Below, in pieces: positions 22,509-34,974 of a stretch of DNA of 64,000 nucleotides. The translations under genes and the position numbers were made by a program. The notes below the pieces were generated by a model. It made no database searches, was not told the DNA's origin, and was given only the letters and a program-made list of their open reading frames with translations. Source of the stretch: Trichosphaerium sp. ATCC 40318 (Eukaryota; Protista; Tubulinea); NCBI GenBank assembly GCA_038496445.1, contig JALMLS010000255.1, positions 496,001 to 560,000 on the forward strand, in the 5' to 3' direction. The number at the start of each line of letters is the position of its first letter. The stretch's first letter is position 1.

Positions 22509-24184
22509 TTACTTCAATGTTTTCGGTGTTGTTGGTGTTTGTAACAACTTTAATGCTGAATCTCGCGCTGTTTCCTTCACCTTTACAATATTGTTAGCAT
22601 AAGGGCGAAAAAAAATTAAAGTGACGATGTTATTTCATTTTTTTGCTTTTTTTCAGCGCAAAATTATGACTTGTACCAAAATGAAGTCAGTGTCAAACGT
22701 TGATAGATAATAAATAGACACTCCATTTTTTGCAAGAGGTAATGCCAAAGAGCTTACAACTCCAGGAACGCTTACTAAGAAGAAATATGAGTAAAGTCAA
22801 AATACTTGACATTTTTTATATCGTACTGAATCCCCAAGTACCAGCAGATACTTGGATAACTTGCCAACACTCCTTATGTACTTTTAACTCTACTTTTGAC
22901 TTTAAAATATTTATAGACGGTTCATCAGCGATAATAGAAACTTGGTCACTAAACGTTGTGTACGAAAAGTATCGTCCCTTTCTACGAGGCGTTAGAATTA
23001 AATAATACAAAAAAAAGAAAAAAAGGAGAAAATTGGATGTGCTTACTTTTCTGGGAAAAAAAATAGCTTAATCAGCTCGAGAGAACCTGATTTGACAGCA
23101 TCTCTATGACCATGTGCCAAATAAAGTCGATGATCGAGAGCTGTTAGAAGCATAGCAGCATCATAATCTTGAATTTTTTCCGCCGTAGAGAATACAATTG
23201 AAGCACCTGGATCTTCACCTTTTGGTTTACCAATTTCTGTTACTTTATCGTTTAATATATTCTGAGCGTTTTCAAAGTTTTCAGCATGTACCTATTCAGT
23301 GAGTTAAGAAATAAAGAGTTCACTGAAGTTATTTAAAAAAAAATCAAAAAATAGATTAGTAAGCGCTAAAACCGAGTATAATTACATCAACAGCATACAC
23401 ATTAATATGTTACGCTTGTACGAGTAGTTTTAATGCCGATTGTTTGATTTTAAGGAATTTTCATAACAAAAATAATGTGGCGACACTCGTTTTCTGTTAG
23501 CAATTCATTTAAAACGATTGAAGAAAACAGTACCAGTATTAGATCGCTCTTAAATGTACTCAAGTATATTACAGAAATAGCCGCTTGAGCTAGAGGTCTA
23601 GCAATGCTACTGATGTACCCCGATTCATCTAAAAGCGAGTGAGCTCAGCAAGAAACGAAAACGGTTTTAAGATTTTTGCGGGAGTTTATCGTGGCTAGGT
23701 TAAAAATCGCGTACCTATCGCGTTTTCGCCTTGAGTAATCTCTAGAACGCGAAATTCGCCAGGGGAAACGATTAAAGTGCCCTTTGGGAAAAGTTCGATT
23801 GATTCAACGTCAATAATCTACCAAACCAGTTTCAGTATTGTTAATCAAGCGTTCAAAATCAATAGAGTTTTAGATGTTCAAAATAAGACAATTGTAAAAA
23901 AACTGTACAAACGCCATACCAGTGAAATTTCATCGCCTGTCTCTGTGTATGACAAAAAAGACTGAGGTCTACATTGATGAGTAAGCGAGTAATTTTAAAG
24001 TGACAGCTTGTACCTAAAAAACATCATTTCTACGAGCATCTTCATACTGCCAGAACTAACCGAGCGTTATTTTAAGGTTTACACTCAGGTAACAATACTT
24101 TTCTCCCGTTTTAAAACTCACTAAGCGTAAGCTATGTGGTAGAGCATTGACTGTTATCCCAGATCCTTTGGTTGTGGCTGACAT
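22509..24184 (-). CDS. CASTOR/GATSL-like tandem ACT-domain protein (homolog of the cytosolic arginine sensor for TORC1)
   Basis: Spliced model from ATG 24184: MSATTKG...FLSYTETGDEISLIIDVE...DESGYISSIARPLAQAAISVIYLSTFKSDLILV...ELIKLFF...YFSYTTFSDQVSIIADE...PGVVSSLALPLAKNGVSIYYLSTFDTDFILV...* (TAA ends at 22509). This is the duplicated CASTOR-type ACT signature. Confidence 0.85.
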
Positions 24185-24398
24185 CGCGTGGTGTAAAACG
24201 GCTGTATTTGGTAATTAGTTCTAGAGTGCTTTTGTGGAGAAAAAGTACAGAAGATGCTTTCAGTTAGCAGGCCGTTTATTTTGTTGGTCTCGATTGGCCT
24301 AGTTTCTAAATAGCGAGCCTAATTACGCTTATTGCTCTGCACTACAACGTTTACGCTTTATTGTTACATTAACTAACACTTTACATTGGAATTCGCAC
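24185..24398. promoter_or_regulatory. short head-to-head spacer (probable bidirectional promoter) between the CASTOR-like gene and NOB1
   Basis: Divergent start codons at 24184(-) and 24399(+) with only 214 bp between them. Confidence 0.5.
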
Positions 24399-26341
24399 AT
24401 GGCAACTAACAACGCGTATGTACTGTCTCTCCAAAAATTCTCAGGCGTTTCTAGGTCAAACCCATGGTTTCGCCCTTTAACTAAAGTAAAAGAAGCCCCA
24501 CCACTTAAAAAGGTGCCTCTGGCTGTAGCGGAGAACGGCTACGCTCAAGAATTACGTGCAAACGAAGAAATAGAAGCTGGTCCTACACCTGTTGGTACAG
24601 AAACTACACCAGAACCTACACAAGAGCCTGTTGGAAAAAAAGAACAAAATTCAGAAAAACCACCAAGTACGTACAACGAATCAATAATGGCCCTCTACGC
24701 CGACAATTGCTATATCCAACAACTTCAAGGCGATTTTAACGCTTTGTAGCGTCAAACGACCCTGACAATAAAAAAGTTGCCAAATTGGTCGTAGATGCGA
24801 ACGCGTTTATCCATCGTACACCATTGAAAAGGTATTAGTTCGTTTCAGTCCACACAAACCAATAAAACAATTAAACTTTTTTTCACATTTTCTGTAGCCT
24901 TGGACAAGACCTTTATACTATTCCTGAAGTACTTCTGGAAGTACGTGATCAAGCCTCTAGAGAGTTTCTTGATCACATCAAACTTACTTCACACTTGTAC
25001 ATACGTCAACCGTCACCAGAATCGGTGCATGTCGGTACGTGTAATCTTGTATTTTTTCCTTTTTTCCTAAATTACTTGCTAACTATTGTTCGTGTAAAGT
25101 GTCTACTTTTGCACAGGGTACTGGATTGTTTGCTGAATTATCTGCTGTTGATTTAAAACTTATCGCTTTGGCGTATACACTTGAAGTTGAAGCTAACGGT
25201 GATGGTGATATTGTAAAAACACCTCCGAAAGTAAAGGTACTTGTACTTAGTTTTTCGATTTGATTTTTAACTATTTTGCTTGTTAGCCTGTCGTTGGTGA
25301 CTGTGACTCTTTTGATTCTGGTTTCTTTGATCCTAGTCAACGCGTTAATAAGAAGATTGCAACACGTAAGCCTACTACTAATAAAAAACAGAAAAAGAAG
25401 AATAACATGCCTGGCTGGGGTAACGAAGGTACAAACAGAATTTCACCATGATGGTTTAGACTAAACTGAAAAAGGTGGATGGATTACAGAGGCTAATGTT
25501 GATGATTATACGCAAGCTATTCGCGCTGAATCGCAGGGTGTTACAGTAGATGAAGAAGCATCAGCGAAGGGCATTGAGGTTGCATGTTTGACACATGATT
25601 TTGCTATGCAGGTATGTTAGATTTTCTTTTTTTTTTGCTAACATAACATATTCAAAGGTTCATATGTTAATGCTTTTCTTCTAGACTGTACTCATGCAAA
25701 TGAACTTAAGTTTACTCAGTTTTGATGGCTATGCTATCAAGAAGTTAAAACAATTTGTATTGCGCTGTTTTGGTTGCTACCAGTATCCCAATGTGACATT
25801 TTCTTTTTTTTTTGACATTCTCATTATTTTAACTTTAACTGTGATAAGAGTAGTAAAGAATATGGAGACCCTCTTTTGTCCTAAATGTGGTAAAGATACA
25901 CTTGCTAAATGCTCTTATGAAGTAGCAAAGGATGGAAAGGTCATTTACCACCCACATAGAGCAGTTTCAACCAGAGGAACAATCGTAAGTCGATTTTGGA
26001 TATTTTACTGAATATGTATTGTTAACATTCTACATAGTATGCGATTGGAAAACCAAGAAAACTCAAAAAAGATCATCGCGGCCCTCTAATCTTAACACCA
26101 GGACAAGTTCCATCAAATTATTACAGACGGTACGTGATATTACTTAGTAAATTTTTGTTAAAAATCTTGTAGAATGAAAAAGAAAAAGATTAAGGACATG
26201 ATGGATCCTGATGCTAACCCTCTTGGAAACCGCTCTGATAAGAGTGTCCCTTGGTATAATCGTAAACTGGTCGCCGGTTATGGATACCAAAACCCTAATA
26301 ATAGCCGTAAAAGGTTTGGAAAGAAGAACGTCCCATTTTAG
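24399..26341 (+). CDS. NOB1: NOB1 PIN-domain/zinc-ribbon pre-18S rRNA endonuclease
   Basis: Motifs LVVDANAFI, YTIPEVLLEVRD, LSAVDLKLIALAYTLE, GWIT, VACLTHDFAMQ..LMQMNL, FVLRCFGC...FCPKCGKDTL and STRGT. Stop TAG 26339-26341. Confidence 0.93.
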
Positions 26342-26667
26342 ATAAAAAGAAATTGAAAAAAAAACGAAAATAGAAAAAAGCACGTTGTTGTAACCGTGCA
26401 CTACGATTTTTGTACTATCCGTAGTGATTTAACTTTGTACTTATATTGTCGCCTCAACCAATACAATTTCAGCCTTAGTGGAGTCGTTTATTGATCATGT
26501 TTGCGCATAGGTTAGACTATTCTTGGTCGTGTTATGCAGCAAACACGTGTTTCGATACGCAGATGTTATAGAACGCATTACCTTCAATGATAACTTCTGC
26601 GTATCGTGTACATTCCAAAAAAGTCAGAAACTTAGACAATTAAGCCTAAAACGCAAACATACTAAAC

Positions 26668-28141
26668 ATGACATACAACCTGATTTTTTTTCCACCTGAG
26701 CTATTAACGACGCTATGTGAATATCTAAGCGTAGCCTCTCTATGTGTTACTAAGCAGACCTGTTCTCGCTTGCGAGATGTTGTAGACACAATCCAACCGA
26801 TAAAGGTGAGCATTTAGTACGTTTACGCTTCACCATCCTTAATAGTCACCTAACAGCGTACAGGATTCATCTCACAACTACATCTCTTGCGATATACTTC
26901 CTACAGAGTACCTAGACGCAGACAAAACAAAGATTGCCAACTATAATTATTTCTTAACAATGAAGCGAACAAAGCCGATTGCTGTGTTTGCAAGTTTACG
27001 AAGTGTGGTTGTGACTTCCAACGGAGACGTACAAGATATTTTTTTCGTAATCTTCCTCATCACGTGCTTATGTTTTTACTTTTAGCTCATTGTTGTAAAC
27101 GCTGGAGGACACATGTATTACGGTCAAGTTTGGAGGGTTTCTCCAAAGAATAGAACAGCTGAAGTGCTTTACAAGTGTAAGATGTCCTCGAGTAGTACAG
27201 ACGTGCGTCCAGAGCTGATTGATATAATAAACGATGATCATGTCGCTGTCATGGCAACAGCGCAACAAATAGAAGGCTTTTCTGTGCGCAGTCCAAATGA
27301 CAGGATACGAAAATCAGAGCCAAAAAAAAAATTCTTTGAGACACGCAATGCTACTGTATGTGACAATTATGAAGCTTCTTCGTTTTGTTTTGGACAGAAT
27401 CAAGATACTTTCTTATGGAGTATGGGCCAGAGTATAGTTTCAGTATCAGCTACAGACGGTGGAGAGAAGATCATACAGAAAATAGAACACAACGATCAAT
27501 ATTTGGATAATATGAAATGTTATGAAGGTTCTATATTTGTCCTGCGTTATACAATCCAAAACGAATATGGAGAAGGCTTCAGATATTGCAGGGATGCAAT
27601 GAGAAAAGTAATAGGCAAAACAGAGATACTTAAAATCAGGAATGGAAAAACGACTAGTATCTACTCTTCACCGAAAAAACTTTTTGTACGTACTTTTTTA
27701 ACTTTCTTTTTCGAACACTTCTCTGCTCTATTTTTCACCCAATTCAGTAACGTGGTTGTAATGTATAAGTATTATACCATACTAAATAACCACTTAAAAT
27801 CTGTAAAGGTCATGTGAAAGAGAAGACTACCGTTTTCTTTCTATTTTAAACAAAAAGAAGTTTGCATGCTTCTTCTAATGCCGTTACAATAGGATTTTGC
27901 TTTTGATAAAAGAGGTGATATGTGGCTTGCAAGGGGATGTTCAAGTGCATCTCAAAACGTTGAATTGGTCAAGTTGTACCTATCCAGGAACACAAGGGAT
28001 GTTCTAGTATTTCAAACAGATATCAAAGGTGTGAATGTTTATCAACTATGTTATCATTCTGGTACACTATATATGTCAGGCAAACGGCATAATGATGGTT
28101 TGTACAAGCCATCAGTGATGTATGCTTTAAAGTTAAGATAA
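26668..28141 (+). CDS. F-box protein with a beta-rich C-terminal region
   Basis: First exon MTYNLIFFPPELLTTLCEYLSVASLCVTKQTCSRLRDVV is an F-box pattern. It continues through ORFs 27113-27817 and 27920-28141, with AATAAA after the stop. Confidence 0.7.
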
Positions 28142-28260
28142 CAATAAAAGTACAATAATTACTTGCAACCGAGAGCTTTTTTTTTGCAACTTAAAACTTA
28201 ACTTCTTAAGTGAGATTAGAACTAAATAAGGACGTGTACTAACACCAAAAACTTTCGTTA

Positions 28261-30244
28261 ATGCCGAATCTCGCTTTATATTTTGCCTTTATAATTACTC
28301 TCGCGTTTTCAGTGACATTAGGGGATTCTGTAGCGAATACGCCGCCGGTATGCTAACAGCTCCAAACAAGCTACCAATCACGTTTATTAGATGGGTTGGA
28401 ACTCGTACGACGCATGGCTTGGTGGTATTTCAGAAACTCCTTTTCGACAGGGAGCTCAAGTAATGAATACGAAATTAAAGTCATTTGGTACGACGTTTAA
28501 AGCCACGTGACTAAGAAACGAAAAATAATTGTTTTTGACTTCAACGTTGTTCGATAGTGTTCTAATCGCTCCCAAGGATGGAGTTATGTTGTTATTGATG
28601 CTGGATGGTATACTGCAGAGGGTTCTACTGGATTTGCCACAGATGGGTAAGCGTAATTGTCGTTCGACTATTCACAGTGATTTTTCTAGACATAGCAGAG
28701 CAATACCGGTTGAATCAAAGTGGCCCTCAGCCGCCAAGGGTGTTGGTTTCAAGGCTGTAGCAGATTTCGTTCACAGTCTAGGACTTAAATTCGGTATTCA
28801 CGTCATGCGTGGTATCAACCAAGATTCAGTGGAGCGTAATGAACCGGTATTGTGCACTAAACGTCGGTTAATCCTTTTCTAGATTTTTGGTTCAAAGTAC
28901 TTCGCCCAAGATATCGCTTTAAAACAAGAAGCTTGTACGTGGTATAAGACCTGGATTGGTGTCAATATGACTCACCCGGGTGGCAAGGTACTTTTAACAA
29001 GAATATTTAGTTGTGAAGTGACCGTACGGTAGGATTTCTATAAGAGCATTGTTGATCAATATGCTTCTTGGGGAGTTGACTTTATAAAAAATGACTGCAT
29101 GTTTCCTAAATACACAACTGATATTATAGCTATGTCTGAAGCGATAAATAGTACAGGTAGAGATATTCTTTACTCGTTATCTCCAGGTAAGTATTCTACA
29201 AAAATAGCTGTTAAGTTAGTTACTAACTTGTTTTTTTTTTCGAAAAAGGTGGTGGCGTTACTCCTGAAGATGCTCAAAAGATAAAGTCTTACGCTAATAT
29301 GTACCGTATTACAAATGATTTATGGGATTGTTGGAATGACACAAATGATGTGAATCCTTTCTGTAACCGACACGGTTATCCAAGCAATGTAATTAATGCG
29401 ATGAGTAAATTTCCTCAATTCTCAAGCTTGGCTGGTGATGATGGCTTAAACGGGTACATCATTTTGCAATAGGCTTATCAATTACGAATCCTTCCGTATG
29501 GGTAACAGTTCTAACTGATTGTTAAGGAAGTCTTGGCCTGATGGAGATATGTTACCATTGGGTACGTTTTTGATGTGAATTAGATCTAAAAGATCCAAAG
29601 GATACATTAGTCAACCTGGAACAAAAGATCACCCTCATAGAACGTCATCATTGACTCTAGTCGAGCAAAGAACTCTCATGACTCTATGGTGTATTGTTCG
29701 CGCTCCTTTAATATTTGGAGGAGATTTACTTCAGGTTCTTTCTCATGATTTGGGTTTTTTGACGCTAGTTTTTTCTTGTTAATGAATTTCTAGTTGGATG
29801 ATTTTACGTTATCTCTTTTGACGAACCCTGAAGTTATTCGTGTCAATCAAGAGTCTTTCAAAAGTATGATGTTGTGGAAAGATAAAGTACCGAATATTCA
29901 GGTGTGGAAGGTACAGTCGAAGATAAACAGGCTTTTTTTTGGGAAGGAGTAACAAATTTATTTTTTTAGGGTGCTCATCAACAAGGAGATATCTTTGTTG
30001 CTTTGTTTAATACTGGAGAAGAAATAAGTAAGTATGACTACAGCATGGTTGATCTTGGACTCCCAGCTGCAAGACCTTGCTCAGTCCGTGACTTATGGCT
30101 AAGAAAGGACGAAGGTACAAACACCAAATTTATAGCACAAATTGGTAACAGTATTTGACGGCTTTTTTTTTAGGTAACATATCAAACAAGTACAGCATCA
30201 CTATCAATCCACATGGCGCACGTCTTTTCTCTTTTAAATGTTGA
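28261..30244 (+). CDS. secreted glycoside hydrolase family 27 (alpha-galactosidase-like)
   Basis: Signal peptide plus TPP-MGWNSY, YVVIDAGW, VHSLGLKFGIHVMRGI, YASWGVDFIKNDC, YSLSPG, NMYRITNDLWD, WPDGDMLPLG, APLIFGGDL and LLTNPEVIRVNQ. Confidence 0.93.
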
Positions 30245-30294
30245 GGGGCCCCTTAAATAAAAATGGTTTAATGTCTTTCAACACGTGACAAGAT

Positions 30295-30410
30295 TGTAGT
30301 TTGAGTACTAGATTCATTAGATGCAAGTTGGCAACTCCTTACGAAAAGCAGCGCCATGAAAACAAGGTTTGACAGTAAGATGAGAAAACATGGACATGGC
30401 TAAAAAGAAC
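30295..30410 (+). pseudogene. fragment paralogous to the N-terminal part of the adjacent F-box-like/MORN gene
   Basis: VLDSLDASWQLLTKSSAMKTRFDSKMRKHG aligns with DLDSSAYYSWPLLSKRAAMITRFDDEMNKHG of 30457-30980(-), in the opposite orientation. Confidence 0.7.
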
Positions 30411-30456
30411 AATCTAACATTACCAAAGATATTCTGTAAATGCTATGTTGTATACT

Positions 30457-30980
30457 TTATGTACTATCCTTACATTCACCATTAATGTAATTATGTACTT
30501 CTAATACGCCTTTATTGTTCCACATCTTGCACTTTCCATGTCGTTTACCATTGATGTAATTACTCTGCTCCCACAATTGACCATTCTTATGCCACTTCTT
30601 ATACTCTCCTTCTTGTTTCCTATTTTTTAGATTACAATGCTCCCACATTTGGCCATTCATGTACCACCTCTTGTGCTCTCCAGTTAGGTTACCATCGACG
30701 TAATTACATTGTAGATGAAGATGGCCATTACTCCAAATCGTGTATTCTCCGTGCGCTTTGCCGTGTTTCCAATATTGTTGTTTTCTAAGGTGGTTGCGTC
30801 TTCTTTGTTGCCACTTTCCATGCTTGTTCATCTCATCATCAAACCTTGTGATCATTGCGGCCCGTTTCGATAGAAGTGGCCAACTATAGTATGCTGATGA
30901 GTCCAAATCGACGATATAAAGTTGAATCTCTACAGGAAGGTGGAATAGGTGGCAATCATCTGATTGTATAGTAAATCCCT
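30457..30980 (-). CDS. F-box-like N-terminus plus MORN-variant repeat protein; 5' end unresolved, may be a young pseudogene
   Basis: The frame upstream of the listed ORF reads LFHLPVEIQLYIVDLD (F-box-like). It is followed by four ~24-aa repeats of the form GEY..W..NGQL...C.Y.NG...G. No intron within this span. An in-frame TAG lies near 30980. Confidence 0.75.
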
Positions 30981-31409
30981 ATTCAATGTCCTTAATTTCA
31001 TCACTAAAAGTATGCTGATACCTTGGATGGGCTAATATTGGTACAAGCGAGCATGTTGAATACACTACAAACGAAGTAACACTTGTTTCTGGTGTAGCGA
31101 AGTCAATGGATGTAAACTAAAAATAAAACAGAACCAGTCGTCAATGTATTTAACTGTACAAGCCATAGATTGTGATACGTAGTATTATTGGAAGTCCACA
31201 ATATTAGATTAGGCAAAAACAGAAACACGTGCTAAATAGATGCTATTCAGTTAACAGCAATTTGATACGGAATAGCCGCAGACAGTGATTGTTTTACCGA
31301 AAAGCTAGGGCCCCTCCACAAAACGTCTCACTACAAATACCCTCACCAACACCTAGAAGTGTTCCTCAAAGATATCAATTTTATGCTTTCATATAGTTTG
31401 TTTCAACAG

Positions 31410-33064
31410 TCAGAGAGCTTTGGGTCTAAATCCACAGTACCTGAATATTTATTAAATAAAGTGTATGTATTGAAGCTCACCAGTCAAATACGTATGTGTG
31501 TTCCCTTTGCATCCACTTTGCGCGCCAACCATTCAATATCAACGGCACAATAGATAGAGGCTCTAGCACGTACAAAGGATCAGCAGGTCTTGTCTTCTTA
31601 ACACCCTCAATAAAATACTTGTGAGGTACTTTATTAAAATCAAGCTGATTCTTAAGCACTCCCATCCTAAGCAATTTGTTAACAACAAATGCATTGTTGT
31701 ACAACATTTTGCACATCTCTTACTTTATTGCTTCCCAAAAAAAGGCAACTGTAGGTATGCTACCAACATGAAAATTCTTGCTATTAATCACTTTCCATGC
31801 TTCTGAGGGTGTGATATCTTTGACTATATCAATAACTTGTTCCAAGTTCGATACTGTTCCTGATCGAGATAGATAGAAAATGATATCATGCATTATTTTT
31901 GAAGCGAATTCCTTATCATCAGATTTAATTTTATCAATAAGAGGCTTCAGATAAGGTGTAGATGAGATGTTATCACAGACAATTTTTCCAAAACATCTAC
32001 CACATTTTGCTACACCTTCAAGTTCCTTAAGATCAACTATTTCCAATTTACACCAAAAAGGAGAAAGTGCAGCCATGATTTGTTCATTAAGTACGATATT
32101 TCTTCCTTCCAAAAAACGTTTTCGTAAGTAGTCTTTCGCTAAAAGAAATCCTGCACGTTCATCGATCACACATAATATTCTAAAATCTTTAACATTTAAA
32201 GTGTAAGTACAGTATTCGAGTATGTTGTGCTGTGTTACTCTTCCATCAATACGAATTAGTCCATTGGAACTTATGACAAATGTTGATTCTCTCTCATATG
32301 AGCTACCAACCTGTATTTTACCAAACCACTCTTTACAATATTAGTCTAGAACATGTGATGGCTATCAAAGGCTACGTACTCCCTTCGTGTGCATCTTGAA
32401 TTGTCTCTGAATCAAATGAAGCATGCCAACAGTTATGAATCAAACGGTCATCTATATTGTATCCCTCAAGTTGCAGCATGCGCACAATGTTTTGCATAAA
32501 AGATGTAGAAGTACTTACATCTAAGTAATCGCAACAAGAGGCAGCTTCAGCTATCTAAATAAAATTAAACCATAGCTCTTTGCAAAGAACCAAAAGGCGT
32601 TACTTAAAACCAAAGCAAGGTTGCTTGAAAAGGACGAGTTTGGTATGTTGTTTAGAAAGACATATGAACGTATTACATGTTGACAGACCACAAAGTTCGT
32701 TGTAAGCACGTGTTTGAATTTTTATGCGAGAAACACGTGACTATTTTTTCGAGTTTAGAAAGCTAAATTGACTGTTGCATCGCTATTGGCGCGATTTTAT
32801 TTTACGTACAATGTCCAAGAGTTCTTTACGCTTCGTATCAGATAATTTACAAAATGTATTGTAAATTGAGCTTATTGATTTATCATAATGTTCTACAAGC
32901 CATTTAAAGCCCTTTGCGTACATGAGAACAATCAAGTTATCATCTTTTGTTTCTCCACTGTTTATTTGATCCAGTTGAGCACTTAGCACTGTGCTTAGAG
33001 AAACGAAATCACGTGGGACATAAACTGTAATCTTGTTACTTTCTCCAACAAGTGCTTTTAGCAT
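31410..33064 (-). CDS. protein with an N-terminal BTB/POZ (Skp1-like) region, multi-exon
   Basis: ITVYVPRDFVSLSTVLSAQL...GFKWLVEHY...IAEAASCCDYLDV resembles a BTB/Skp1 fold. Exons include ORFs 32783-33094, 31720-32169 and 31477-31716. Confidence 0.55.
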
Positions 33065-33315
33065 GTTGACATAAATTGATACATTAAGTGACACAAACTT
33101 AGTGACAAACTCAAATAGCTTAGGTTCCTACTGCAATCACTTAATTTAAACAGAAAGGTGAGTAGAACATACATAGTAGTCAAGTACTACCGAAAAGGTA
33201 ATACCAGTAAATCACAACAATGATAACTAGTAATGGTAACATCTTAACAGAAGGAAAAAAAACACTTGATTAAGGTAAACGTATTGTTTATTATGAGCTA
33301 GGTTTGTTGATACCA

Positions 33316-34449
33316 TTAGGCCTCGTACAAACTGGTCCAAGGGTTTGCGTTGCTGAAACAAATCAATCTACGGCTTGTGAATCCAATCTTTACAGTTGTA
33401 AAGTGATTGCCGGCATTAACAAACCATTGTCCAATAGTACCAAGGTTACCATTATTGCTTGACGTTGTCCACTGGTTGTTAACAACTCTCATTGTATGAG
33501 ATTGTCCATTTGGGTTCATAGCAACAAGTGCGTCTGGTGCGGTACCAGACAAAACGAAGTCACCAGCAACGTAATTGTCGTTAGTGAGAATGTTCCAGTT
33601 GGCAATATATCCTCCACTGAATCCGCCGAACACGTATACAAAGGTGTTTGTGTTGGTATCAAACCTCATAGTATTGTGCCATCTGCTGTTTCGATTAATA
33701 GCGAGAAGGTCAGCTTTACCAGCTTGAAGAAATGATCCAACGATGTACTCATCACCTCTTCCAATTGACCATCTATCTATTTTCCAGTTGTTTGAGTTTG
33801 AAAGAATATCCCAGTTGTTTGTATTTCTGTTGTACTTCATGACATAGTAACCGGTAGGTTTTACCAATACAACGTAGTCGGAAGGATTAACAACGTTGGC
33901 CGCGAAATCTCCGGAAATGAGTTTGTCTGTAGCTCCAATGGCACCATTTGTTGCAAACTGAATTTGAGTCCAACTGAACGTAGTTGGAGCATTTGTGCTC
34001 TGGTACTCAAGTTTAAGGGTTGCGTATCTACCGTCCGGGTTTGCAGCAAGAAGAGACTTGGGTCCACTACTGTCGAAGCGACCAGAAACATACAAGTCGT
34101 TTGTTTGTGTTGGCCAAGCACCAATGCTGCTACCTCCTGTTTCAGCAACACGCCACTCCTTGGTAGCGTCATCAATGTACGCTAGCATCCACATACTCCC
34201 TGGCTTTATGAACAATGTAAATTGGCCTTGGTTACCGCCTACAAATTCCATAGGAATGAACTTGTCGTTTGGTTCTACGTCCCAGAAAACAGTTGTAAAA
34301 GGACCAGTTGGGTTTGAGTAAATCTGATAGCGTTTGGCGACAACAAGGGCCGATTGAGCATCAGTATTCCAGTACGCTGTCACAGATATTGCTGTGCAAG
34401 CGACAATGAGTACAAAGGTACGTAGGAGCTGTTGTTGTTGGGATATCAT
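33316..34449 (-). CDS. intronless secreted FG-GAP/VCBS-like repeat protein (377 aa from MISQQQ)
   Basis: Signal peptide LLRTFVLIVACTAISVTA, then ~60-aa repeats of the form IG.W....D.Y..G(D/R/S)F......D.L.A.N..G. Single uninterrupted ORF. Confidence 0.8.
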   Translation of the reverse strand: MISQQQQLLRTFVLIVACTAISVTAYWNTDAQSALVVAKRYQIYSNPTGPFTTVFWDVEPNDKFIPMEFVGGNQGQFTLFIKPGSMWMLAYIDDATKEWRVAETGGSSIGAWPTQTNDLYVSGRFDSSGPKSLLAANPDGRYATLKLEYQSTNAPTTFSWTQIQFATNGAIGATDKLISGDFAANVVNPSDYVVLVKPTGYYVMKYNRNTNNWDILSNSNNWKIDRWSIGRGDEYIVGSFLQAGKADLLAINRNSRWHNTMRFDTNTNTFVYVFGGFSGGYIANWNILTNDNYVAGDFVLSGTAPDALVAMNPNGQSHTMRVVNNQWTTSSNNGNLGTIGQWFVNAGNHFTTVKIGFTSRRLICFSNANPWTSLYEA

Positions 34450-34974
34450 TCTTGTGAAATTATGAAAACGAATAGATAACAACCCCGTGAACTTAGATTT
34501 TCTTAAGTTAGAAGCTTTCACAGAATTCACGTGAAAAAAGTTCTGGTTCCTAAAAGGATTGGGTAGTAATTTTACCCAAATGTCACTACAGAAATAAACG
34601 AATGGTTCATGTAACTCCTTTTACCATGATTTGATAAAGCTGCAATACAATTTTCTTGTTCGGGATATTTAGCTCCCGTCAATGTTGAACACAAAAAGCA
34701 TGGTGTGAAAAACCCTTCTGTGCACAGAGAAACTAAGAGATAGCAATGGAGTAATCGTACAAGGAGAGTGACGTATGAATACTTGGCGAGAGTTGACGTT
34801 TGCAAAGTCAGAAAACTTGATATCGCTTCCTTGTTTCTTTGTACTGCTGGGTACTTTTTTTGAGGTTTAATAAGCAAAGGATTTGGCAAGTTCACTGTAT
34901 GTTCATGAGAAGTAACCCGTTGAGTTACTATAAAGGACAGCAATGGTTTGTGGTATTACGTTCTTAAACCATAA

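Noticed and set aside
34450-34530. Upstream extension of ORF 33316-34530 from a GTG start
   Set aside because: Eukaryotic gene; the ATG at 34449 places the signal peptide at the N-terminus.
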